Below, piece after piece: positions 29,541-39,435 of a stretch of 64,000 nt of DNA (position 1 is the first letter of the stretch; the number at the start of each line of letters is the position of its first letter). The notes under the pieces are model-generated. The model ran no database searches and had not been told where the DNA came from. It worked only from the letters and a program-made list of their open reading frames with translations. Where the stretch lies: NCBI GenBank assembly GCA_038046765.1, contig JBBSVN010000001.1, positions 1 to 64,000 of the forward strand. Direction: 5' to 3'. This DNA is from Candidatus Micrarchaeota archaeon (GTDB lineage Archaea; Micrarchaeota; Micrarchaeia; Anstonellales; Bilamarchaeaceae). Position numbers and translations under genes: made by a program.

Positions 29541-31061
29541 TCAAAAAAAATCGGCCATGCTGCTCTGCCCTTTTTTTAATTGGGCAGTTTCGTTAGCGTT
29601 TTTATTTTCCTCTGTTTGTTCTGATTTAATTTCTTTTTTTTTCCTATCAATTTCAAAACTAGTGCGCATTGTACCAACAATACTCTTCATTTTCTTTTCC
29701 TTGTTTATAGCTGACCAATAATAATACTCGTCTCTAGTTCCCTTTGTCATTAAGATATAAATTTCCCCTTTCTTTAATCTTGCTGCCCGACCTCTTCTTT
29801 GAATACTTCTTATTTCGCTAGGTACTGGTTCATAAAATATTACTGCATCGACACTTGGGATATCTAGTCCTTCTTCTCCAATTGATGATGCAACTAAAAT
29901 ATTGAAAACTCCCGATCTAAAATCATCTATTGTTTGTTCCTGTATCTTTCTTGTAACTCCATCTTTTTTTCCGACAAACTGTTTAGATACAAAATTGTTC
30001 TTATTAAGTTGGTCTTCTAGTAACTTGATTTGATCTCTATACTGGGCAAAAATTATTATTTTTTTATCTTTAAGTCTTTGCATTAAATTAAGAAGAAGTC
30101 TTAATTTTGGGTGATCCTCTACACTTTGCGTGTTTGCAAGATTAATTACTTCGTTAAATTCTGTTTCGCTTAGTAGTACTTTCGCTGATTTACCCTCCTT
30201 TTCATTAAGTTTTTTTATGTATTCTCTTAGTGCAAAAAGTCCCTGTGTTTCAACTAATTCAGTCATATGCAAAAGATTTAGTAATATTGTATAATGCACT
30301 ATCGCGCGGTACTTTATGTCATTTGGTATATCCATTATTTTCTGGCGCATCTTTAGGAATTCTCCTTTATTTTTTAGTGGGGGTGGAAAACCCATTCCGC
30401 CTAGCATTCTTGCATGCTTTGACGTAAGATTATCGAGTTGTCTTTTTATCAAAAGTAACGTAGGGGAAAGCTCTGTTGTAAGCCAGGTCATTTCGCTTTT
30501 TTGAACATACTGTTTTACGTCGGGGTCATCAATAGTTCTAATTTCAATGTTTGTTATATTTAGTGCCTTTACGACCTCCTGTATTTTATCTCTTTTTCCT
30601 CCGGGCGAAGCAGTTAAACCTACAATCAAAGATTTTTTCTTTAAGGCGTTAGCAACAAAAGTGTATGCGTAATTCTTAACTGCGCGGTGCGATTCATCAA
30701 AAACACAAAGTGCAAAATCTGGTTCAAGAACATTATTTTTTATATCATTTGCAATTGTTTGGGGAGTTGCGATTATTATGCTATTTTTATACTCTTTTAT
30801 TCTAGTCTGTACATTTTTTTCCCCTGTAATTAGTGCAATATTGTCTGTTTCCAGTTCTCGTTTTGTTGTTTCAAAATGTTGCTTTGCCAGTGGTTTAGTT
30901 GGAGTTAATAATAAGCATTTCCCGTTTTTCATTTTTTCTTTTATTAGCATTAGGGAGATTAATGTTTTTCCTAATCCAGTTGGCAGTATAACTAGTGTAT
31001 TGCCGTTTTGCATTATCGAATTGTAAATTGCAAGCTGATATGCTCTTGGGATTAGCAGCAT
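29541..31061 (-). CDS. Hef/FANCM(Mph1)-like SF2 helicase lacking the ERCC4 nuclease domain
   Basis: PRAYQ, PTGLGKT, DESH, LTASPG, HPKL, EEGLDIP, QRRGRAAR, GTRDE; ends QSSMADFF. Confidence 0.9.
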   Translation of the reverse strand: MLLIPRAYQLAIYNSIMQNGNTLVILPTGLGKTLISLMLIKEKMKNGKCLLLTPTKPLAKQHFETTKRELETDNIALITGEKNVQTRIKEYKNSIIIATPQTIANDIKNNVLEPDFALCVFDESHRAVKNYAYTFVANALKKKSLIVGLTASPGGKRDKIQEVVKALNITNIEIRTIDDPDVKQYVQKSEMTWLTTELSPTLLLIKRQLDNLTSKHARMLGGMGFPPPLKNKGEFLKMRQKIMDIPNDIKYRAIVHYTILLNLLHMTELVETQGLFALREYIKKLNEKEGKSAKVLLSETEFNEVINLANTQSVEDHPKLRLLLNLMQRLKDKKIIIFAQYRDQIKLLEDQLNKNNFVSKQFVGKKDGVTRKIQEQTIDDFRSGVFNILVASSIGEEGLDIPSVDAVIFYEPVPSEIRSIQRRGRAARLKKGEIYILMTKGTRDEYYYWSAINKEKKMKSIVGTMRTSFEIDRKKKEIKSEQTEENKNANETAQLKKGQSSMADFF

Positions 31062-31354
31062 GGATAATCTGTTGCATTAACAGAATAAAAAATAATGCCT
31101 TATTCTAAAACAGCTTAATTTTCTTAAATAATTTTATCGTTGCTCGGTTTAATTCAATTTTTAACAAGTCTATTTTACTGCTTTTATTGTCGATTCGCCT
31201 TGTTTTATTAAAATCACGCTATATGGATGTTTTATAATTTTCTGGCATTTTCGTTTAGATGTCGCCTTTTTAGTAATAAGGCGTACGCAATTCGAACTAC
31301 ACAAAGCTTTTTAATAAAAATCTGGTATAACATTGCAGAATCAAATCATTTACG

Positions 31355-31624
31355 ATGGTGAACAATATGACGACCAAGTTATCTAGAATGTATGGAATGG
31401 ACTTATTTACCGATAGTGGTAAATTCTTAGGGAACGCACAGGACTTTATTCTTGACGCAGAAAGCGGTGAAGTTTCAAGAGTATTAATTGAACAATTGCC
31501 AAAAGGAAAGGAAGAAGCAAAAAAAGCACTTCGTGAAAAGAGTATCCTCTACAAAAATGTAAAATCTGTAGAAGATGTTATTGTAGTTACAAAAGGTCTT
31601 GGCGGAGCTCCAGTAATGGAGTAA
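31355..31624 (+). CDS. PRC-barrel domain protein
   Basis: LSRMYGMDLFTDSGKFLG..QDFILD..ILYKNVKSVEDVIVV. Confidence 0.85.
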   Translation: MVNNMTTKLSRMYGMDLFTDSGKFLGNAQDFILDAESGEVSRVLIEQLPKGKEEAKKALREKSILYKNVKSVEDVIVVTKGLGGAPVME

Positions 31625-31682
31625 ATTTTTTCTATTTTTAATTATTTTTAATTTTTAATTTGTTGATTGGAGGTTAAATTAT

Positions 31683-31868
31683 ATGGCAAAAAGTTGGGTG
31701 CGTGGTCTTGTTTTTATTGTTGCGGTAGCGATTGGTTACTTTGTAACTACTATCTGGGGGCAATTACGGCCTGAAGATGATTCAACTACTGTTTTAATCG
31801 TTGGAGTTGTAGTTACGCTAGCCTCTTTTGTTGCGATGTATTTTATGACTAAAGGGGGCGGAGATTAG
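31683..31868 (+). CDS. Small two-TM membrane protein
   Basis: SD ggaggt upstream; two hydrophobic helices. Confidence 0.7.
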   Translation: MAKSWVRGLVFIVAVAIGYFVTTIWGQLRPEDDSTTVLIVGVVVTLASFVAMYFMTKGGGD

Positions 31869-32014
31869 TATAAATTAATCCAATACTCCTCAATTTGAAA
31901 AAAGCGCAAGTTCTAAATACAAACCTGTCGGAAGCGACATTAATCATTTACTCATGGTCGCTTCAGCAGAACACGATTATAAACAATTTTTCAATTATCT
32001 CTTCTTAACTCCTT

Positions 32015-32518
32015 CTATATTTTCAACTTCTTAAAAATCCGTTCAACTCGTTTCCTAGTCTTCTGATCATTTTTAACTAAAACAATTCCCTTGTGGGGTT
32101 GCCCGTAAACAAGTACATAGTTCTTAGGCATTTGGTTCATGAACGCAAGTGCAGTAATGTCTTCCTCGCCTTCTATTAAAACTCCGCAATGGTGCTTAAG
32201 TAATTCTTTCGCATCATTAATCAATTTCTTAGAAAGCGTCCCCGCCGGGTTCTTGTATTTGACCATCTTACCAAAACTTTTTTTCATTACATCTACGTAT
32301 ATTTTGGGTAAGTCTCTTCGCATATATTTTAAGTCAAACACACCCACATATGGTTTTACTCCTAGAGCTAAAAGCGCAAGTGTTGAAATGTCCCCTACGC
32401 TTATTATTTTGTATCTTTTACTAATTATTTTTATTTCCTGTAAATCCGCATATACTTTTCCGAATGGTCTTTTTAGTTCCTTTCTAATGCTTGAGTTTAT
32501 TAGAACGTAATCATTCAT
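32015..32518 (-). CDS. GTP-dependent dephospho-CoA kinase (DUF359)
   Basis: LKRPFG, SVGD, NPAGTL, GEED, YGQP..G. Confidence 0.9.
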   Translation of the reverse strand: MNDYVLINSSIRKELKRPFGKVYADLQEIKIISKRYKIISVGDISTLALLALGVKPYVGVFDLKYMRRDLPKIYVDVMKKSFGKMVKYKNPAGTLSKKLINDAKELLKHHCGVLIEGEEDITALAFMNQMPKNYVLVYGQPHKGIVLVKNDQKTRKRVERIFKKLKI

Positions 32519-32570
32519 ACTATTTACTTTACAAACTTATTTTTTAAACTCGAGCGAGTATGTATTATCT

Positions 32571-33749
32571 ATGCGTTCTAAATCAAAACTTAGTAAAAAC
32601 ACCAAATTACTTGCCTTAACTAGTTTTCTAGTAGATATTAGTTCAGAAATGGTTGTTCCCTTATTACCCTTTTTTGTTACAACTATTTTGGGAGCGCCAT
32701 TATTTGTTCTAGGTTTAATCGAAGCCGTGCGTGAATTAACTGCGAATGTCGTTGGCATATTTTCTGGAATAATCAGTGACAAGCTTGGAAAGAAAAAGAA
32801 TATTATAATTCTTGGGTATTCGCTTTCTGGTTTAATGAAAGTTTTTCTTGTTACTGCTACAACTTGGTTTAGTGTACTTCCAATTGTATTTTTTGAACGG
32901 GTTGGAAAAGGAATAAGGGAAGCTCCGCGTGATGCGTTAATTACGCATTCTGAACCAAAAGAAAATTTAGGTTACGCGTTTGGATTTAGAAAAATGTGTG
33001 ACAACGCGGGCGCATTTATTGGGCCCATACTTGCGACATTTTTACTTACTATTCTTATTTCGCAAGGAGTTGATTATGCTTATCGGACAATCTTTCTTAT
33101 CGCATTAATTCCAGCTGCGCTTTCAATTGTTGTTCTATTATTTTTACAAGAAAAAGATGGACATAAGGCAACTGATGGCGTAAAAACAATTATCGGTGAT
33201 GTCCTAAAAATTCCTAATTTTAAAAAGTTTGTCTTTTGTATGTTTTTGTTTTCGCTTGGGCAGTTTGCAATCTCGTTTTTTCTGATTCGTGCTGCAGATT
33301 ACCTGACTTTGTTTTTGATTCCGGTCGTATACTTAGCGTATAATGCAATGTACACTGTACTTTCTCTTCCTGCGGGTTATTTTACTGATAAAGTGGGTGC
33401 TAAAAATTCTCTTTTATTTTCTCAAGTGTTATTTCTGACAGTTCTTTTAGGATTCTCATTTTTTGCAAACTCTGTTAGTTTATTCCTATTTTTTGGATTG
33501 TTTGGCGTGTTTATGACTATAAACGAAACCGCTCCGCGTGTTTTTTTAGCTAAGAGCGTTGATCATAAACACTATGCAAGTTCGATCGGTTTATATCAAG
33601 GATTAATTGGTGTTGCTGCACTTCCAGCTAATATTCTAGCTGGTTTTCTATACACGACAAAAATACTAGATGTTCCAGCGTCTTTTGTATTTTCGATAGT
33701 TACAACTGTTTTATCCATGCTGCTGCTTTTGATTTTGGTTAAAGAATAA
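32571..33749 (+). CDS. MFS transporter
   Basis: DISSEM, SDKLGKKK, ERVGKGIREAPRDAL; about 12 TM. Confidence 0.93.
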   Translation: MRSKSKLSKNTKLLALTSFLVDISSEMVVPLLPFFVTTILGAPLFVLGLIEAVRELTANVVGIFSGIISDKLGKKKNIIILGYSLSGLMKVFLVTATTWFSVLPIVFFERVGKGIREAPRDALITHSEPKENLGYAFGFRKMCDNAGAFIGPILATFLLTILISQGVDYAYRTIFLIALIPAALSIVVLLFLQEKDGHKATDGVKTIIGDVLKIPNFKKFVFCMFLFSLGQFAISFFLIRAADYLTLFLIPVVYLAYNAMYTVLSLPAGYFTDKVGAKNSLLFSQVLFLTVLLGFSFFANSVSLFLFFGLFGVFMTINETAPRVFLAKSVDHKHYASSIGLYQGLIGVAALPANILAGFLYTTKILDVPASFVFSIVTTVLSMLLLLILVKE

Positions 33750-33761
33750 TAAAATGATAAA

Positions 33762-34922
33762 TTATTTGTTAAAAATAACTACTTCAATGTAACTATCATT
33801 TTTAGTCTGGTTTTTTGTTATGTCTATTGTGTATAAGTTTTCTACGTAAACTGTTTGATTGTTTACAGTTGTGTTAAGTTTTATTGGTAAGTACACTCCC
33901 TTAGCTTTGTTGCTGTTTTCACATAGTGCAACTTGCGTTCTAAGGTTTGGCTCAGTTGTTACACTATAACCGCAGAACTCATATGTTTTATTTCCTACAC
34001 TTAGGTTTTGGTTTAGGTAAATTCTTTGTTTTAAGCTAGAGATTTTTACCAATTCTTCAAAGGTTGTATTAGATGCATTTGTTTGCCATGTTTGATTTAT
34101 TTGAGTACTATTGGAATAATTTTGATCATAAATAAAGCCCTGTTTAATTACTTCCTGTTTTGGTTTTGTTGCAATTATCTTTAATTTAGGCCCGGTTTCC
34201 AAGTCCTTAAACTCTACTACAATTATATTATTGTTCCCAAATAAACTAATCTGGTCTCCTTCTTTTATATCATCAAAATAACCATTCATAGATATAATTA
34301 TTCTATTAACGCAAACATACTTTTCATTGTATATTTTGGGGTATTCCTTAGTTACCTTCCATTTATCATCTCCTAAAAATGCTGAATTATTCTGTAGTTC
34401 TGATAAATTATACCTCTGACCTAATAGGTATATCGTTTCCGAATCCTGAATGCACCAATCTTGCGAGTTGGTATAAATATAAACTGCATTAAATAAGCTA
34501 ACCTTTTTCTGATCACCATTATCGCTAATAATTGGTGTAAGATAAATTTCTTCTCTTGGGTACCCGCCACCATCAAATGGTTCTATGAATTGGATTTGTT
34601 GATTTGTTAATCGTATAAATTCTTTGCTGTAAATCCCTGCTCCTTCAAGATTAATTCCGTATTTTTTAAGTGGAAATAAAAAAGTCCCTTTCCCAGTGGA
34701 AATCCCATCTCCCTTAATCGCATTTATAAGAATGGTAGAACTATTTTCATCAGAAGTTATGTTCATGTACCTTTTTTCGTTAACTTCATCTCTAACATAT
34801 TCATAAGTACCTTTACTATATTCATATACTTTTTCAACCCGATCATTAATACAACCAAAGAATAATAATGAAACTAGCAGAATTCCTAAAATAATCGACT
34901 TGTTCATGTTCATTAAAATCAC
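33762..34922 (-). CDS. Lipoprotein, possibly S-layer-related
   Basis: FFGC lipobox; many sequons; beta-rich. Confidence 0.6.
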   Translation of the reverse strand: MILMNMNKSIILGILLVSLLFFGCINDRVEKVYEYSKGTYEYVRDEVNEKRYMNITSDENSSTILINAIKGDGISTGKGTFLFPLKKYGINLEGAGIYSKEFIRLTNQQIQFIEPFDGGGYPREEIYLTPIISDNGDQKKVSLFNAVYIYTNSQDWCIQDSETIYLLGQRYNLSELQNNSAFLGDDKWKVTKEYPKIYNEKYVCVNRIIISMNGYFDDIKEGDQISLFGNNNIIVVEFKDLETGPKLKIIATKPKQEVIKQGFIYDQNYSNSTQINQTWQTNASNTTFEELVKISSLKQRIYLNQNLSVGNKTYEFCGYSVTTEPNLRTQVALCENSNKAKGVYLPIKLNTTVNNQTVYVENLYTIDITKNQTKNDSYIEVVIFNK

Positions 34923-36550
34923 CCTGAATTATTAAATACTATTTCAAATGCTGTACTATCGCGAGGGATGAAAATTGATTTGATTCCTGGATTTAATGTA
35001 TCCTCGTTTCCCCAGATTACTTTGACGTCTTTGTTGGTTTGATTTATTTCTAGAATATCTGAGAAAACTGAAATAAATGCAACTGAATAACAACAAGGTT
35101 CCATACGTGATACTTGCCAAATTCGAACATATTTTCCCCTTACATCCTCTGTCTTTCCTACTTCGAGTTTCCACGTATAATTATTTTTGTCTTTTAGCAC
35201 TAAAAATTCCTTGTAGGGAGGGTAATATCCATTTCCTTCAGAACTAGAATACCTAAATTCTTCATTGCTTATATTTAATTTATCATCTTGAAAAAATATA
35301 TTTGGTTTACCTTTTGCTAATAATAAAGAATAGTTCTCCTTGTCTTTCCTTAATCTTAGAATAGACCAAGTTTGATTTAAAATATCTAAAGTAATGCCAC
35401 TTTGATCAATCATTGAAGAACTTGAAAAACCCAAAGACATTAGTTCTACGGTATCATTTGCTCTGGTTTCTTTTCTAAAGTAAGAATAATAACAATTATT
35501 ATTAGTAATATTTAGTTCAGTTATATTTTGATTGTAAACCTCACATTGATAAATTAGAGGATCGAATTCCAGATAAATTCCACTTTCATTAAGTTGTTCT
35601 GTTTCGTTAATTAGTCCATAATTTGTTACTATTTTTGTTCGTTTTCTATTTTTTGGAAAAATCCTTATCGATTTTAACAGAGGTATGTCTCTAGTGTGAT
35701 TGCCTTGACTTATGTTTCCGTCTTCCCAAAGTATATCTGAATTTGAGTAGTTTAGAACTTCTATATCAGATAAAACTGAAATAGAAATCCAGCTCGGAAT
35801 AATTGGTTCTAAAGTAGTTGAATTAAGTGCACTACCTGATGGACCAAATTGCCAAATGTGAACATACCTGCCATTAACAAAAACCGTACCCCCTACTGCA
35901 ATTAAGATTGATGAATCATTTGCATTTTCTAAAATTACATAAGTTCGATTGATAGATGCAATAAAAGTATAATTTGAGTATGTCCAGTTTACACCATCTA
36001 TTTCAAAACTATCCGAACGGTTAATCCATTTTATAGAATAATTTTTTCCTAATATGACCTCACTTTTACTCTCCTTCTTCTCAAACTTTAAAATAGCGAT
36101 TTTCTCTCCATTCTTTGTTCTAAATGACAGCGCATTCGATTCAGTAAGATCAAAGTATGTTGCATAATTATAAGAATAACTTTTTGCTACAGGTATCGAA
36201 GGATAGAAATCTAGTTTTAATTCACTTCCATTAAAAGTTTGATTTACAGCGTAGATCGTTCTATAGTCTCTACCAAAAATTCCTTGCTCAATAACACTTG
36301 AAAAATTGTAACTGGTTGATTCGATTACGTTTATTGGATTGTTATTTATTATTATGTTATTCGAATTATTCGACAAATTAGTTTGATTCAAAACATTCGG
36401 ATTATCAAGTTCATTTACTTCAACAACCATAGAAACATTTCCAGAATCATTAGTTATGTTCGCTTTGATATCATAGTAACTACTATCAGTGCAGCCAAAT
36501 AGTATAAACAAACTTAAGGCCAAGATAAATAATTTTGTGTTCCCGTTCAT
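34919..36550 (-). CDS. Lipoprotein with duplicated beta-rich domain, possibly S-layer-related
   Basis: LFGC lipobox; repeat VGGTVFVNGRYVHIWQ..SVLSDI..LKSIRI / VGKTEDVRGKYVRIWQ..SVFSDI..IKSIFI. Confidence 0.65.
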   Translation of the reverse strand: MNGNTKLFILALSLFILFGCTDSSYYDIKANITNDSGNVSMVVEVNELDNPNVLNQTNLSNNSNNIIINNNPINVIESTSYNFSSVIEQGIFGRDYRTIYAVNQTFNGSELKLDFYPSIPVAKSYSYNYATYFDLTESNALSFRTKNGEKIAILKFEKKESKSEVILGKNYSIKWINRSDSFEIDGVNWTYSNYTFIASINRTYVILENANDSSILIAVGGTVFVNGRYVHIWQFGPSGSALNSTTLEPIIPSWISISVLSDIEVLNYSNSDILWEDGNISQGNHTRDIPLLKSIRIFPKNRKRTKIVTNYGLINETEQLNESGIYLEFDPLIYQCEVYNQNITELNITNNNCYYSYFRKETRANDTVELMSLGFSSSSMIDQSGITLDILNQTWSILRLRKDKENYSLLLAKGKPNIFFQDDKLNISNEEFRYSSSEGNGYYPPYKEFLVLKDKNNYTWKLEVGKTEDVRGKYVRIWQVSRMEPCCYSVAFISVFSDILEINQTNKDVKVIWGNEDTLNPGIKSIFIPRDSTAFEIVFNNSG

Positions 36551-36610
36551 ATGCTTTTTCTTAAATTCGCTTATTTAAATAAACTTTTTAGCAATAGTTG
36601 TTTCTAAAAT

Positions 36611-37354
36611 ATGTTTATAAATAAAGAAATGCTTCATTTAGCTATGCGAACAGCAAATTACCTTAGATTTTTTATTCTCTTATTAGTCTTAATTAGCTCT
36701 AGCTTCGCTTCATTTATTTATGGTGATATCTACTCGAACAACCTGGAAAAACTAAACAAAACGCTCATCAAAATTGACGGTCGTTTTAGTTACCAATTCG
36801 TTACTGAAAAATCAAACTATTCGATATTTCTTCCTGATGGCGAGTTTAACATAACTGCAAGTAATTTTGATAATAATGGTGAACTTGTCCTCTATAGTAA
36901 AGAGCAGTTTAAGGCGGGGGATAAAGACCAGAAAATTGATTTGGTACTTAACTCAGTTGGTAAGTTTAATTTCGATTGGATTGTTACGCTTGGAGTTCTT
37001 CTAATTAGTATTACTTTAATGTTTTTAGTAGTACTTTGGTTTGATTCTAAAAAACAAGGAATAATAATTAAAATTCCGGAAATCAAAATTCCGGATCTAG
37101 AAAACAGTGTCATTTCAAAGCAATTGTCTATCTCAAAGTCCGAAATTCAAACCGAATCGGCAGAGCTAGACCAGGATGCTAAGTTAATTCTGTCAATTCT
37201 AGAATCATTAGAAAACCGTGCAACGCAGAGCGAACTAAAGGATAAAACTAACTTTTCAGATGCTAAACTTAGTCTTATTCTAAGCGAGCTTGAGCAATTA
37301 GGCAAAATAAAGAAATTCAAACGCGGAAGGGGAAATATTATACGGAAACTTTAA
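36611..37354 (+). CDS. Membrane protein with C-terminal winged HTH (COG2512-like)
   Basis: Signal peptide, ectodomain, TM, then RATQSEL....FSDAKLSLILSELE..GKIKKFKRGRGNII. Confidence 0.85.
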   Translation: MFINKEMLHLAMRTANYLRFFILLLVLISSSFASFIYGDIYSNNLEKLNKTLIKIDGRFSYQFVTEKSNYSIFLPDGEFNITASNFDNNGELVLYSKEQFKAGDKDQKIDLVLNSVGKFNFDWIVTLGVLLISITLMFLVVLWFDSKKQGIIIKIPEIKIPDLENSVISKQLSISKSEIQTESAELDQDAKLILSILESLENRATQSELKDKTNFSDAKLSLILSELEQLGKIKKFKRGRGNIIRKL

Positions 37355-37725
37355 GATTCGAGCTTAAATCTTTCCAGACCCAAAACCTCATCGTAAACAT
37401 GGTCTGAACTTATGATTACGTAAGGTTGTGAACATGCAGCATGAAACGCATCAAAAACCCCTATCTTATTGTCATCAATATAACTTGCAGCTAAGTACGC
37501 AATTTCTTTTTCTAGTCCTCTTACTTCAAATAATTGATAAATATCGCTGACAATCTGCTCACATTCCATATTAAACTTTTTAGATATTAACATTGTTTCC
37601 AGAACTACAAAACTGCTAGTCCAAATTTTTCCTTTATGTTGCTCATAAACTTTCAAGGCTTTTTCTCTAAGCCAATCGTCATTTTTTATCAATGCACATA
37701 TAAAATCCGTATCAGCAAAAAATAT
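37351..37725 (-). CDS. vapC: PIN-domain toxin with no canonical in-frame start
   Basis: Frame extends upstream of 37692 to IFFADTDFICALIKNDD; also FDAFHAA, ISSDHVYD. Confidence 0.75.
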   Translation of the reverse strand: MFFADTDFICALIKNDDWLREKALKVYEQHKGKIWTSSFVVLETMLISKKFNMECEQIVSDIYQLFEVRGLEKEIAYLAASYIDDNKIGVFDAFHAACSQPYVIISSDHVYDEVLGLERFKLES

Positions 37726-37729
37726 ACAA

Positions 37730-37990
37730 TCACCTTCTTTTTAAGTTCGAAAGTGCTTCTTTTTCAGCATCTTCTCTTGCAATTCTTTTCAAATCGTTAA
37801 TTGTCAAATGTGCTGGTATTTTTTTTCCTTGTTCTTGAAGAGATTTTAACGGATCTTTTGATATTGGAATTAGAAGCAGTTTGGTTCTAGTACGAACTAA
37901 CTCGTAATCTCGACCAAATTCTTGAATCACTTCCTGTGTAAGATTTACCCTACATTTTGAATCGGCATGTAATGAAACCATTTTTCCCAC
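37730..37990 (-). CDS. AbrB/MazE-like antitoxin
   Basis: DSKCRVNL..LLLIPISKDPL; directly upstream of the PIN gene; cccac/gtggg repeats around its TATA. Confidence 0.8.
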   Translation of the reverse strand: MGKMVSLHADSKCRVNLTQEVIQEFGRDYELVRTRTKLLLIPISKDPLKSLQEQGKKIPAHLTINDLKRIAREDAEKEALSNLKRR

Positions 37991-38068
37991 CTAGATATAC
38001 TTTGGTGGGCAATATTTATAAATTTTCCCACTTGGCTATAACCCTGCAAAATTCAACCTTTTCAGAAT

Positions 38069-39370
38069 TTATCCTTTTGTCGGATCATTAACTTTGCCTA
38101 TAAATATAATCGACCCTGTGCCTTTATCTTGAATTATAAAAATAAATGGATGATCTGCTTTGAACACTGGTGGCGAAGGTAACGTCATAGGTTTCATTTC
38201 AACTGCTGTTGCAGCTGCTGCTTCTGTTCCTTCTTCGTTTACTTCAACAAATGCTTGGTGAATTACTTCTGATATGCTTAAATCCTTGTTACCCGTAATT
38301 CCTGAAAAATCTGCTTTGCTTGAATCAAATGAGGTTGACATACCTAAATCAATGAGATTTTTACCAAGATAATATTTACTCTGGAATTTGAACTTTGGAA
38401 TTGAAACATCAACTTCCTGCGTTTGCATTTTCTGCTTCCATCTATTTAGATTTTCTAAAGACAGATTACTTTCTAAACTAGTCATTTCTTCTTTAGGTAA
38501 AATAATCAACATTGAAAGTTCGTTGTCTTTATAGGGTAGTTCTAATATTTGTAATCGTTCATCTTCAAAATAATTAAAGCTTTTAGTTTTTTTCATCATC
38601 TGCGCTTTTACTATTTTAGTGGAAGTTACTTCAAAATCTTCTTCTTTTGTTAAACTTTTATCAAATTTTGTTTCCCAACTGCCTTTGAAATAAATTGCAT
38701 TTGTGATAATTAGCCTTATATTTTGATCAAGATCGTTTGGGCCAATCATGTCTTTTATTTTTTGATTCGTTTCGTTTTCAATCCAGTTATTTATCATTAA
38801 TCTGGATTGCTCAAGTTGGTTGACAAAATCAACATTGGTAGCTTCCGCGCCATAATAGTTTTTGACAATGTCCTTGTAACTCTGTAATATTGAATAATCT
38901 TTTTGTATCCAAAGCGCGTTTGCTGTACTTAGATTATAACTTTTATTCGCTTTATTTAAGTTATTATAAATACTTGCGAACCCGGATCGTCTTACGGATT
39001 CGTTTTCAGAAAAATAAAACACTTTCTGTATTTCTTGTGCGGTTTGTCCTTTAGCTCCTTCATAAGTTATTGCTAAAGCACTTGAAATGCTATAAGGTGA
39101 GAAGAAAACGTTTTCATCGTTTGTTTTTTGTTTTGAATAAAGGTCAAATGCAAACTGATTGCTAGCTTCAACCATACTCTTTTTTTCTTCTGTACTTAGG
39201 TTAAGCGCAGTTGAATTTAATTGAAGTTGCAGTGCTGGAATTTCAGGCGTTTTATTGTTTGTTTCATTTTTAAGAAAGTTGTTTGAATCCTTTGTACTCG
39301 CACATCCTGAAATAAAAAGAGCTAATGCAATTATTAGTAATAGAAACATTCGTCCGCTCGTTGTTTTCAT
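38069..39370 (-). CDS. Serpin with lipoprotein signal
   Basis: NVFFSPYSI, NAIYFKGSW, hinge EEGTEAAAAT, FKADHPF; ISGC lipobox. Confidence 0.96.
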   Translation of the reverse strand: MKTTSGRMFLLLIIALALFISGCASTKDSNNFLKNETNNKTPEIPALQLQLNSTALNLSTEEKKSMVEASNQFAFDLYSKQKTNDENVFFSPYSISSALAITYEGAKGQTAQEIQKVFYFSENESVRRSGFASIYNNLNKANKSYNLSTANALWIQKDYSILQSYKDIVKNYYGAEATNVDFVNQLEQSRLMINNWIENETNQKIKDMIGPNDLDQNIRLIITNAIYFKGSWETKFDKSLTKEEDFEVTSTKIVKAQMMKKTKSFNYFEDERLQILELPYKDNELSMLIILPKEEMTSLESNLSLENLNRWKQKMQTQEVDVSIPKFKFQSKYYLGKNLIDLGMSTSFDSSKADFSGITGNKDLSISEVIHQAFVEVNEEGTEAAAATAVEMKPMTLPSPPVFKADHPFIFIIQDKGTGSIIFIGKVNDPTKG

Positions 39371-39435
39371 AAAAATAATGTGATTCGAAGGCTTTAAGGT
39401 ATAATGTGATTTCCTTAGGTTTTTGCCTAATTTAC

